A DNA stretch of 64,000 nucleotides, taken from the NCBI GenBank assembly GCA_963665295.1, contig OY762209.1:2976001-3040000 (forward strand). The letters are read 5' to 3'. This document shows positions 1 through 7,726 of this stretch, piece by piece; the stretch's first letter is position 1; each line of letters opens with the position of its first letter. The stretch is from Syntrophorhabdaceae bacterium (GTDB lineage: Bacteria; Desulfobacterota; Syntrophorhabdia; Syntrophorhabdales; Syntrophorhabdaceae). The position numbers and the translations under genes were made by a program. The notes under the pieces were generated by a model, which saw nothing but the letters and a program-made list of their open reading frames with translations, made no database searches and had not been told where the DNA came from.

Positions 1-520
1 AAGCGGCTTCTTTTTCCGGGCTCAGAAGGTTGCGGCTGAGATCTATGATCTCGGGGTAGGTGAAGGACGGCTTCGTCCACAGTTCCTGAAACAGGACCTT
101 TCCCTCTTCCCATGAGAGTTGTTTCTCCATGTCGAGGAAGAGATTCCGCCTCGTCTTCCGGTCATAGAAGTTGTCCACGCCCCGTCTCTCCATGCGGCTG
201 TCTACATAAAGACTCCAGAGCTGATTGTACCGGGCCGTCACCTCGGGTTCTTTATCTTCCTGGGGTGCTATCTTCGGGTTGTAATGAAAGTCAGGGTCGA
301 GTACGTCGTATATGTAGAGAAAAAGCCGGAACACCCTTCCGAAAAGAAAAGCGTCATCGTTCCAGACGATGATCTTCACATCAAGATGACCGCCCTTCCT
401 TTTTATGAGAGCTTTTTCATTCCACGGGGAGTCTGTTTCCTCGACATACACGCTCCGTATGGAGCGTGCTATACCGAGAGATTCTATTGCAGTCTCTGCA
501 ATGCTTTTTATTCGGGGCAA
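1..520 (-). CDS. Hypothetical protein, partial (runs off the left edge)
   Basis: Not in the ORF track because it has no stop in the window. Manual translation from TTG at 520 (2 nt after the upstream stop) stays open to base 1: MPRIKSIAETAIESLG...YIYDVLDPDFHYNP...RYNQLWSLYVDSRMERR... Confidence 0.7.
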   Translation of the reverse strand, partial: MPRIKSIAETAIESLGIARSIRSVYVEETDSPWNEKALIKRKGGHLDVKIIVWNDDAFLFGRVFRLFLYIYDVLDPDFHYNPKIAPQEDKEPEVTARYNQLWSLYVDSRMERRGVDNFYDRKTRRNLFLDMEKQLSWEEGKVLFQELWTKPSFTYPEIIDLSRNLLSPEKEAA

Positions 521-522
521 CC

Positions 523-1143
523 TTAGAATTCGCCTTCCAGGTTATAGAGCCCCAGAAGGAGTCTTTTGGATTTCATCCACAAGGAATCCTGCTTGATGGA
601 AAAAGGCGCTGTTTCGAGCACTTCCAGGAGGTATTTTCTCGCCTTCTCCGAATCCCCTCGCTTTGCATAGGCATAGCCCAGGTCATAGGCGGATACTTCC
701 TTGAGATTCGTATACTTGGGCACGAGCTGCGCCATTCTCTTCAGCTTTATGATGATATTTTCTTTTTCGCCCTGGGGCACTGCAGGGTCGTTCGCGACCT
801 TCTCATACTGACCCTGGAAAAATTTCACCGTCTTCAGGACGTCTTCCGAATAATCGTGGATTCTGAGGAGGGTGGGGATGGCGTTATCAATTTCCCCTTT
901 TCTAAGTTGTTCCTGTGCCTTTTTGAAGTAGTCGATTACGGTGGCGTCATTTATGGCGCCTTCTTTCTGAACGGATGCCTTCCGGACCTTCTTTTCGGCG
1001 GCAGACGATGTCCCCGCGAAAAAGAAGGCGCATATAAGGACAAGTATAAAGAGGAAAGGGGCTGTCGCTCCTTTCCTCCGGATATGCTTTATTCGATCTC
1101 TTCCTTCAGTTTGTTCCCTGGTTTGAATTTTGGGACCTTGCAT
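523..1143 (-). CDS. Exported TPR-like helical protein (start uncertain)
   Basis: Signal-peptide-like RRKGATAPFLFILVLICAFFFAGTSSAA; TPR-like segments such as AYDLGYAYAKRGDSEKARKYL. Confidence 0.65.
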   Translation of the reverse strand: MQGPKIQTREQTEGRDRIKHIRRKGATAPFLFILVLICAFFFAGTSSAAEKKVRKASVQKEGAINDATVIDYFKKAQEQLRKGEIDNAIPTLLRIHDYSEDVLKTVKFFQGQYEKVANDPAVPQGEKENIIIKLKRMAQLVPKYTNLKEVSAYDLGYAYAKRGDSEKARKYLLEVLETAPFSIKQDSLWMKSKRLLLGLYNLEGEF

Positions 1144-1364
1144 GCGGGTATTTTGATCTCCTTTCCCGTCCTTGGGTTTCTTCCGATTCTTGCTGCTCTC
1201 TCGACAACGGAGAAAGTGCCGAAACCGGTGAGCGTGATCTTCCCTTCCTTTTCCTTGAGGGCTTCTGTAATGTTATCGAGTAATGCGTTCAGTACCTTTT
1301 CTGCCACAGACTTCTTAATTCCTGAACTGGTTGCTACGTTTGCGACAAGCTCGGCCTTAGTCAT
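1089..1364 (-). CDS. hup: DNA-binding protein HU
   Basis: MTKAELV...LTGFGTFSV..RAARIGRNPRTGKEIKIPA..VPKFKPG signature; GGAGG upstream of ATG at 1364. Confidence 0.95.
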   Translation of the reverse strand: MTKAELVANVATSSGIKKSVAEKVLNALLDNITEALKEKEGKITLTGFGTFSVVERAARIGRNPRTGKEIKIPACKVPKFKPGNKLKEEIE

Positions 1365-1393
1365 CTCTTGCACCTCCCTTCAAGGTTTAAAAA

Positions 1394-1467
1394 TGGCGGT
1401 GCAGGGAATTGAACCCCGGACACTGCGGATATGAGCCGCATGCTCTAACCATCTGAGCTACACCGCC
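1394..1467 (-). tRNA. tRNA-Met (CAT), elongator type; CCA not encoded
   Basis: Minus strand GGCGGTGTAGCTCAGATGGTTAGAGCATGCGGCTCATATCCGCAGTGTCCGGGGTTCAATTCCCTGCACCGCCA: 7-bp acceptor stem, D and T loops, CAT anticodon, G1-C72 pair. Confidence 0.93.
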
Positions 1468-1606
1468 GCTGATTTGATATATGATATAAACGCCTGTATT
1501 GTCAATACCAAAGTTATTGGGGACCTTTTAGGGGGCGCTTTTTTTGTGTTCCGGAGCCGTTATCCGTGATATATAACGATATGATGACATATCTGGAGGG
1601 ACGTGG

Positions 1607-2578
1607 ATGAAAGTGCTCGTGACGGGTGGTTGTGGGTTTATAGGTTCCCATATAGTCGATTGCCTGGTTTCGGAAGGTCATGAGGTGGTGGTGGTAGACG
1701 ACCTCTCTTCCGGGAAGGTCGAGAATATGAACGGGAAGGCAAAACTTTACGTAGTCGATATCCTGAGTGACGGGATCGAGGACGTGTTCCGTAACGAGAA
1801 GCCTGAAGTGGTAGCTCACCATGCAGCCCAGATTTCGGTGCCCCTCTCTGTGAAGGAGCCCCTTTTCGACGCAAGGGTCAACATCGAGGGGACCATAAAC
1901 GTTCTGGACCTGGCGCAGAGTAACGGAGCGAGGAAATTCATTTTTGCCTCGAGCGGGGGCGCGATCTACGGGGAAGCGGACTGCGTCCCCACCAATGAAG
2001 AATACGTGCCGGAGCCGGTTTCTCCTTACGCAATTGCAAAGTTTGCGGCTGAGAAATATATCAGGTTTTTTTTCCGCCGGGACGGACTGAAATACGCGAT
2101 ACTGAGGTACGGCAATGTTTACGGCCCGAGGCAGGTGCCCCATGGAGAGGCGGGCGTGGTCGCCATATTCACCGATATGCTCCTTGCGGGGAAGCACCCC
2201 GTGGTCAACCACTTTCCCGAGGAAAGGCGGGGCATGGTGAGGGATTATTGTTATGTCAAGGATGTCGCTCGGGCGGCCGTACTCGCGGCAGGGTCCGACG
2301 TGACCGGCATATTTAACGTAGGAACGGGAGCGGGCACGTATACCCTCGATCTTTACGGTCATATCGTCGGCCTTCTGAGAGAAAGAGGAGCGACCGTTCC
2401 CGGGGCGTTTGACGAACCCCTGAGGGACGAGGCGCGGCCCGGGGACATAAGGACGAACATCCTCGATGTAAAGAAAGCAAAAGAAGTGCTCGGCTTCACT
2501 GCCGCCTATGATATAAGGGCCGGACTGGCCGGCACCATAGACTGGCGCCTTGCCGGAGGTAAACCTCAGGAGGGATAG
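1607..2578 (+). CDS. NAD-dependent epimerase/dehydratase (UDP-glucose 4-epimerase-like)
   Basis: TGGCGFIG Rossmann motif, YAIAK catalytic motif, RYGNVYGPRQ. Confidence 0.9.
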   Translation: MKVLVTGGCGFIGSHIVDCLVSEGHEVVVVDDLSSGKVENMNGKAKLYVVDILSDGIEDVFRNEKPEVVAHHAAQISVPLSVKEPLFDARVNIEGTINVLDLAQSNGARKFIFASSGGAIYGEADCVPTNEEYVPEPVSPYAIAKFAAEKYIRFFFRRDGLKYAILRYGNVYGPRQVPHGEAGVVAIFTDMLLAGKHPVVNHFPEERRGMVRDYCYVKDVARAAVLAAGSDVTGIFNVGTGAGTYTLDLYGHIVGLLRERGATVPGAFDEPLRDEARPGDIRTNILDVKKAKEVLGFTAAYDIRAGLAGTIDWRLAGGKPQEG

Positions 2579-2580
2579 GG

Positions 2581-3303
2581 ATGAGACTTAAAGTCCTCGG
2601 CACGGGAACATGCATTCCCTCCCTGAAGAGGGGTTCTTCCGCCTACGTGGTGACCGCAGGAAACCGGACCGTCCTGGTGGACGCGGGCCCGGCTACGGTA
2701 AGAAGGCTCCTTGAATTCGGCTACACCGTGGATGACGTCGATATTGTCATCATCACTCATTTTCATGTGGACCACACAGCCGACCTGTCCACTTTCCTCT
2801 TTGTCTGCAACTATGGCCTTGTCCGGCGTGAAAAGCCGCTCCTCCTTATCGGGGGAAGGGGGATGCGCAGGTTTTACAAGGGCCTTCTCGCCGTATACCC
2901 GTGGCTCAAGCCGAAGTCTTATCGTCTTCTCGTAAAGAGCATGTCCGCAGGGGTCCTGGAAGACGAAGGGCTTGTGATCCGGACGAAGGGGGTGAACCAT
3001 AACCCCGAGAGTATCGGGGTGAGAATCAGCGATGGGGCGAGCATTACCTTCACCGGTGATACCGACTATTCGAGGAGTCTTGTCGCTCTGGCCCACCACA
3101 CGGACCTTTTGGTCTCGGAGTGTGCCTTTCCTGAAAGAAAGGCGAAGGGTCACATGAACCTCGCGGTCGTGGAAAAGGTGGTCCGCGACGCGGAGCCCGG
3201 GAGAGTGCTCCTTACGCACCTCTACCCGGAATGGGATGACTTTCAGGGCTTGCTCCATGCCCCCTACCTTCTGGGCGAGGACGGTCTTGAAATAGACGTG
3301 TAG
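2581..3303 (+). CDS. MBL-fold metallohydrolase, RNase Z-like
   Basis: LGTG start, THFHVDH metal motif, TGDT, GHM, THLYP. Confidence 0.8.
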   Translation: MRLKVLGTGTCIPSLKRGSSAYVVTAGNRTVLVDAGPATVRRLLEFGYTVDDVDIVIITHFHVDHTADLSTFLFVCNYGLVRREKPLLLIGGRGMRRFYKGLLAVYPWLKPKSYRLLVKSMSAGVLEDEGLVIRTKGVNHNPESIGVRISDGASITFTGDTDYSRSLVALAHHTDLLVSECAFPERKAKGHMNLAVVEKVVRDAEPGRVLLTHLYPEWDDFQGLLHAPYLLGEDGLEIDV

Positions 3304-5196
3304 TTATATCTTTTTCTTGAGGACGCAAATCCCTTCGGCGGATTCCAACTCGTACCGCTTCGATTTCTTCAGTTCCGGCACCAGTTGCCCTATAGCTTGG
3401 GTTGAAATGATCACGAGCTTTCCCTCCTGTTTGAGGTAGGACATGCCTCTCTTGACGAAGGCTTTTGTCGCTTCGGCGAGAGGTAATTCCTCCTCCCACG
3501 AGTAGTTGAGGGAAGGCTGGACAAAGATGAAGTCGAAGGCGTTGCCCAGAAGGAAGGGGAACTCAATTTCCAGATGGAAGAACCCGTTTCTCTTGGCGAT
3601 GTCCTTCGATTCGGCGAACCATCCCTGGCTTCTTATCGAGGTCCATGCGGCGTCGTTGCCGTCAAGGGCAAAGAGCATCTCCTGGATGCGCTTGTTCTCC
3701 ACGGTCTTGGTGAAATAGGTTGCCGTCATCACATCCAGAAGGTCCCTGATCCGCTCCGTGTAGACCAGGAGTTTGATCTCCGTGGCACTTCTGAGTTCGA
3801 GGTCCTCTTTGATCTTGTCGGAGAGAGAGTAAAAGAGGGTATAAAGTTCCTTGAATTCCTGGATCACGTCTTTGGGGTGCTTGTTGAAGAGGGCCATCTG
3901 ATTGGTGGAATCGATTGCATTGACGATACTCTTGAGAGGCATCCCTATGAGGGGGTTGCCCAACCGGTAGTTTCTTCCGGAGAGGCCGAACCGGCTCTTC
4001 ATGGTGTTCTGTAGAATGTCGAAGGAGATGTGGGACCTCTCTATCCCGTAAAGGATGGTGTCGATAATGCACTTCTTCAGGGCCGATTCCTCTTCCCATT
4101 CAGCTCTGAAGGTATTCTTTTCCCTGTAGGGCAGTACGAAAGACAGGTACGCGAGGGCGTCTACCAACCGGGTGCTGAGGGCGCCGAAACCGGGGGTTAC
4201 GTCGAGTATTCTGAGGGCGAAAATATCCTCTTTCGTGTATCTCCTGCTCTTTTCTCCGAGGATTATTTCCTCGAGGTGAGGATTGACCTGGCTTCCTTTC
4301 TTGCTGAAAAGGTAGGAAAGTATGTCGGTATGGTCGTAACTGTTGATCAGACCCGATCCTTCAGAATCCTTCTCCCGGACCGTAATATTCTTTTCCTTCA
4401 GATAAGACTCGGTGGAGGGAAGGGGCCATGCGGAGAAAAATTGCCGGTATGCCCGTATGATCGTGGGGTAATAGTCGACTTTCTTCTTCTGGTCGCTCAA
4501 CTGTTTATCAAGGGAGACCCGCTTTTCCGTCAAGTCTTTGAGCAGTCTTTTCCGTTCCTCTTCGAGCATGTCGGGCAGGAGCTTTTTCAAACCCGTGCTC
4601 GAAAATATCTGGCAGAAAAGGTGGAGCGCCTGTTCATCGCCTTCGAAGACAGCTCCTTCCACATCGATCTCAATCATTCTTATTTCGAACTGGACAGGTC
4701 TCCGTATGAGGATCCAGTGCTTTCCGTTGGTCAGAATCCCCCAGGGAGTTCTGGACTTCTTCAGGAGGTAGAGGATCTGGTAAATGGGCATTTTGTTCTC
4801 GAATTCGAGATAGAAACCGCTTATGCCCTCATGGAGGTTCCTTCCGTATCTTTTCAGCAACACGATGCCCAGGGTGTTGGTGTAGTATTCCTGGGTGCCC
4901 CAGAGGTGTGAGTTGTTTACCCTTTCCTCTTCGGAGACGAAGAGGGCGACGTCGGGATTCTTGATGTGTTCTTCAAAGAACTTGGGTTTTGACTCGTACG
5001 TATGGCCGAGGCTCTTCAGCACGGGTTTTACGAGGTGGATCTCCGTGTGGATCTCGCTCGCGAATTTCTTAATCTCCTGAAACTTGGTCAACAGATCAAA
5101 GAGGGACGCGCCCAGGTCGGTATTTTCGGGGAGAGAGAGGAGCGCCTCGATACTTTCCAGGGAGAAAAGCGTATTTCTTAGAATATAGGATGACAT
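3304..5196 (-). CDS. Degenerate type IIG (Eco57I-like) restriction-modification-like protein, predicted catalytically inactive
   Basis: Family scaffold motifs in order (KPVLKSLG, PDVALF, WGILTNG, RILD...G.G, LYGIE, GNPLIG, FFHLEIEFP...FD), but E-x-K, DPACGSG and NPPY are replaced. Confidence 0.7.
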   Translation of the reverse strand: MSSYILRNTLFSLESIEALLSLPENTDLGASLFDLLTKFQEIKKFASEIHTEIHLVKPVLKSLGHTYESKPKFFEEHIKNPDVALFVSEEERVNNSHLWGTQEYYTNTLGIVLLKRYGRNLHEGISGFYLEFENKMPIYQILYLLKKSRTPWGILTNGKHWILIRRPVQFEIRMIEIDVEGAVFEGDEQALHLFCQIFSSTGLKKLLPDMLEEERKRLLKDLTEKRVSLDKQLSDQKKKVDYYPTIIRAYRQFFSAWPLPSTESYLKEKNITVREKDSEGSGLINSYDHTDILSYLFSKKGSQVNPHLEEIILGEKSRRYTKEDIFALRILDVTPGFGALSTRLVDALAYLSFVLPYREKNTFRAEWEEESALKKCIIDTILYGIERSHISFDILQNTMKSRFGLSGRNYRLGNPLIGMPLKSIVNAIDSTNQMALFNKHPKDVIQEFKELYTLFYSLSDKIKEDLELRSATEIKLLVYTERIRDLLDVMTATYFTKTVENKRIQEMLFALDGNDAAWTSIRSQGWFAESKDIAKRNGFFHLEIEFPFLLGNAFDFIFVQPSLNYSWEEELPLAEATKAFVKRGMSYLKQEGKLVIISTQAIGQLVPELKKSKRYELESAEGICVLKKKI

Positions 5197-5205
5197 TGCT
5201 TTGAA

Positions 5206-5234
5206 ATAATAGACGTTTGAAGGCGTTTAGTCAA
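5206..5234 (-). promoter_or_regulatory. sigma70-type promoter of the RM-like gene
   Basis: TTGACT (5234-5229), 17-nt spacer, TATTAT (5211-5206), 9 nt before ATG at 5196. Confidence 0.6.
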
Positions 5235-5472
5235 GGAGGGGCGCATCTTTTTCTTCCTTGTCCACACTCATTCTTTGGGTTCTCTCGATTTCCTTCAGTT
5301 TCATCCTTATTATCGTCACGAGACCGGCGATGCCTATCCAGAAGATCATAAGGGTCTGGAATATAATGAACCGGGCATACGGCGCGGTGGGCCTCACGTC
5401 TATTCTGTCTTCGGCCCAGAGAGCGCCCGCGGCGAGCAACATGGAAAAGGACAAGAGTATTATTCTTTTCAT
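5227..5472 (-). CDS. Small (81 aa) membrane protein at the end of the sdh-Rieske-cyt b operon
   Basis: GGAGG then ATG at 5472, 8 nt after the cyt b stop; signal-like N-terminus plus one TM helix (FIIFQTLMIFWIGIAGLVTII); no CxxCH. Confidence 0.7.
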   Translation of the reverse strand: MKRIILLSFSMLLAAGALWAEDRIDVRPTAPYARFIIFQTLMIFWIGIAGLVTIIRMKLKEIERTQRMSVDKEEKDAPLLD

Positions 5473-5480
5473 CCAGCCTC

Positions 5481-6545
5481 CTAGCTTAGAAAACCGATAA
5501 CCGTCATAACCACGAAGTAGGCGGTGTAGGCCAACCCGATCCACGTAAACAAGGGACTTCTCTGTCCGAGGCCTGATTTGCGGTCGAAGAGGGGGATGAG
5601 GAAGAAGAAGAGCATGCCTGACGTGATGAGAAGGATTGCCAGGGTCTCGCCGTTCATCCCCATGATCTCTCCGGGGAATAACTTGAGGGTCTGGAAGAGG
5701 AACAGGAAGTACCATTCGGGCTTGATGTTTTCCGGGGCAGGGGCAAGAGGGTCGGCCCTTTTCCCCAGTTCCGGCGGCAGAAGCGTCGCAAGGGTGACCA
5801 CGATCCCCAGCATGACAAGCCATACCATGAGGTCCTTATAAAAGAGATTCGGGAAAAAGCGGATCTCCCGGCGCGGTTCCTTTTGGAGCGATAGGGGCAC
5901 GCTCATCCCGTGGTACTGCACGAGGAGTACGTGGATGCCTATCAGGGCAAGGGTCACAAAAGGAAGAATTGAGACGTGAAAGGCGTAAAAGCGGGTGAGG
6001 GTCTCGCCCGTCACGTCTATGCCGCCCCTGAGGAAGGCCTTGATGAAACCCCCGACAAGGGGGAGATTCCCCGCGCCGCCCGTGGAGACCCTTACTGCGG
6101 CAAATGCCCGCTCGTCCCAAAGGAGAAGGTAACCACTGAGGCCGAAAAATATGGATATGGCCAGAAGAAGGAAACCTGAGAACCAGAGAAGCTCTCTCGG
6201 TTTCCTGTAGGATTTGAGGAGGAGGGTGCTGAACACATGGATAAAAAGGACCACAATGGCGATCTGAGCGCCCCAGTGATGGAGGGAGCGGAAAAACCAT
6301 CCCATATTCAGTTTCGTGACGATGTCGATTATGCTTTTGTATGCATATTCGAAGTGGGGCACATAGTAGAGCGCAAGGACCATACCTGTGATAAACTGGA
6401 GCACAAAGAGAAAGAGTGCGATCCCGCCCGTGTAATACCATATGTCGTATCTGTGGGAAGGCACGAATTTAGACGAGGCGAGCCGCTGGATCCCGGTTAA
6501 ATCGTACCGTTCCTCAAACCAGGTTCTAAGCCTTTGACGCTTCAA
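5481..6545 (-). CDS. Cytochrome b subunit of a Rieske/cyt b complex (unsplit)
   Basis: Four heme His in helices B and D, GYLLLWD, Qo motif PEWY; likely TTG start at 6545. Confidence 0.92.
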   Translation of the reverse strand: MKRQRLRTWFEERYDLTGIQRLASSKFVPSHRYDIWYYTGGIALFLFVLQFITGMVLALYYVPHFEYAYKSIIDIVTKLNMGWFFRSLHHWGAQIAIVVLFIHVFSTLLLKSYRKPRELLWFSGFLLLAISIFFGLSGYLLLWDERAFAAVRVSTGGAGNLPLVGGFIKAFLRGGIDVTGETLTRFYAFHVSILPFVTLALIGIHVLLVQYHGMSVPLSLQKEPRREIRFFPNLFYKDLMVWLVMLGIVVTLATLLPPELGKRADPLAPAPENIKPEWYFLFLFQTLKLFPGEIMGMNGETLAILLITSGMLFFFLIPLFDRKSGLGQRSPLFTWIGLAYTAYFVVMTVIGFLS

Positions 6546-6996
6546 CGTGTATCCCCTTCCTGGCAACGATCAGTTTTTTCCCTTCTACCTTCATTTCGAA
6601 AAATTCGAGCGGCTTCGGGGGAGGGCCCCCGATATTCCGGCCTGTCTCGTCAAACCACCCTTTGTGACATGGACAATAGAACTTCCTGTCTTCCGGTTTG
6701 TAGGTCACATTGCACTCCATGTGGGTGCAGACCCCTTTTAGGGCGAAGGTTTTGCCTTCCGCGTTCTTAAAGACTAACCCGAGTTTCCCTCCCCATGGGA
6801 AGGGCTTCACCGAATTGTCGGGAATATCGAGGAAGTCAGCGGCATTGAGCACCACAAAATCGGGTTCCTTGCCAAGGGTGGGGAAGGCGAACCTCGCGAG
6901 GGCATAAAGACTTCCCGACGAAAAAGCGACAAGCCACCCCCCGAACAAGGTATTGAGGAAGGTTCTCCGGGTTACGAGGGAATAATCAAGTTTCAT
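6526..6996 (-). CDS. Rieske [2Fe-2S] protein
   Basis: Tat-like RRTFL plus TM helix; box I CTHMEC, box II CPCHKG; GPPPKPL. Confidence 0.92.
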   Translation of the reverse strand: MKLDYSLVTRRTFLNTLFGGWLVAFSSGSLYALARFAFPTLGKEPDFVVLNAADFLDIPDNSVKPFPWGGKLGLVFKNAEGKTFALKGVCTHMECNVTYKPEDRKFYCPCHKGWFDETGRNIGGPPPKPLEFFEMKVEGKKLIVARKGIHVEASKA

Positions 6997-7726
6997 CCTT
7001 CCTCCTCCCCCGGAACCGGTATTTGAGAAGGCTTTTTCTGAGGCCCACTATGGAGTCCGTGGGTCTCACATCCTTCGGGCACGCGTCGATACACCTGAGC
7101 ATGGTATCACACCCCCATACTCCCTGCTCGCTGTCGATCTCTTCGAGGAGACGTTCCGGCCTTTCGTCTCTGGAATCGAGGATGAACCTTTCGAGTTTGG
7201 CAAGGCTGGCAGGGCCCATATAATCGGGGTTACGCGAAAGCACGGGGCAGGAACCATAACACGACGCGCAGAGGATGCAGTTCACGAACTGGTCTGTGCG
7301 CCTTTTCTCTTCCTCGCTCTGGGGTAGCTCCTTTTCGGGGTCACTCTGTTTCCTTATGAGCCATGGCCTCACTTTCTCGTACATATTCCAGAAAGGCGTC
7401 AGGTCCACCACCAGGTCTTTGATAATCCCGAAATTCGGCAAGGGTTCCAGTATGATCGTGTTCTTGCCGAAGGAGGCTACCTGGGTTCTGCACGCGAGGT
7501 CTATCCTGCCGTTTATCACCATCGCACAGGACCCGCAGACCGCCGACCTGCACGAAGACCTGAACGAAAGGGTTCCGTCGATCTCGTCCCTTATCCTTAT
7601 GAGTACGGCGAGTACCGTGAGACCCGGGATCACTTTTATCCGATAGGCGGCGAACCGGGGTTCCCGGTCCGGTTCCCGTGCATCAAATCTCAGGATCTTG
7701 AAAGTGTAAGTATCTTCCGTGATCAA
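6986..7726 (-). CDS. sdhB: Succinate dehydrogenase/fumarate reductase Fe-S subunit
   Basis: SCRSAVCGSC...LAC, CILCASCYGSCP, CDTMLRCIDACP. Confidence 0.93.
   Translation of the reverse strand: MITEDTYTFKILRFDAREPDREPRFAAYRIKVIPGLTVLAVLIRIRDEIDGTLSFRSSCRSAVCGSCAMVINGRIDLACRTQVASFGKNTIILEPLPNFGIIKDLVVDLTPFWNMYEKVRPWLIRKQSDPEKELPQSEEEKRRTDQFVNCILCASCYGSCPVLSRNPDYMGPASLAKLERFILDSRDERPERLLEEIDSEQGVWGCDTMLRCIDACPKDVRPTDSIVGLRKSLLKYRFRGRRKDET

Noticed and set aside
466..1434. 322-aa + strand ORF, and similar long antisense ORFs (38760-40238, 43358-44338, 44412-45566, 50641-51981, 56802-57824)
   Set aside because: Antisense shadows of well-supported genes, with no recognisable motifs; common in GC-rich DNA
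1394..1467. tRNA as an integration site
   Set aside because: No integrase and no duplicated tRNA 3' end seen in the window
5473..5823. N-terminal extension of track ORF 5227..5823
   Set aside because: Out-of-frame overlap with cyt b; the RBS supports a start at 5472
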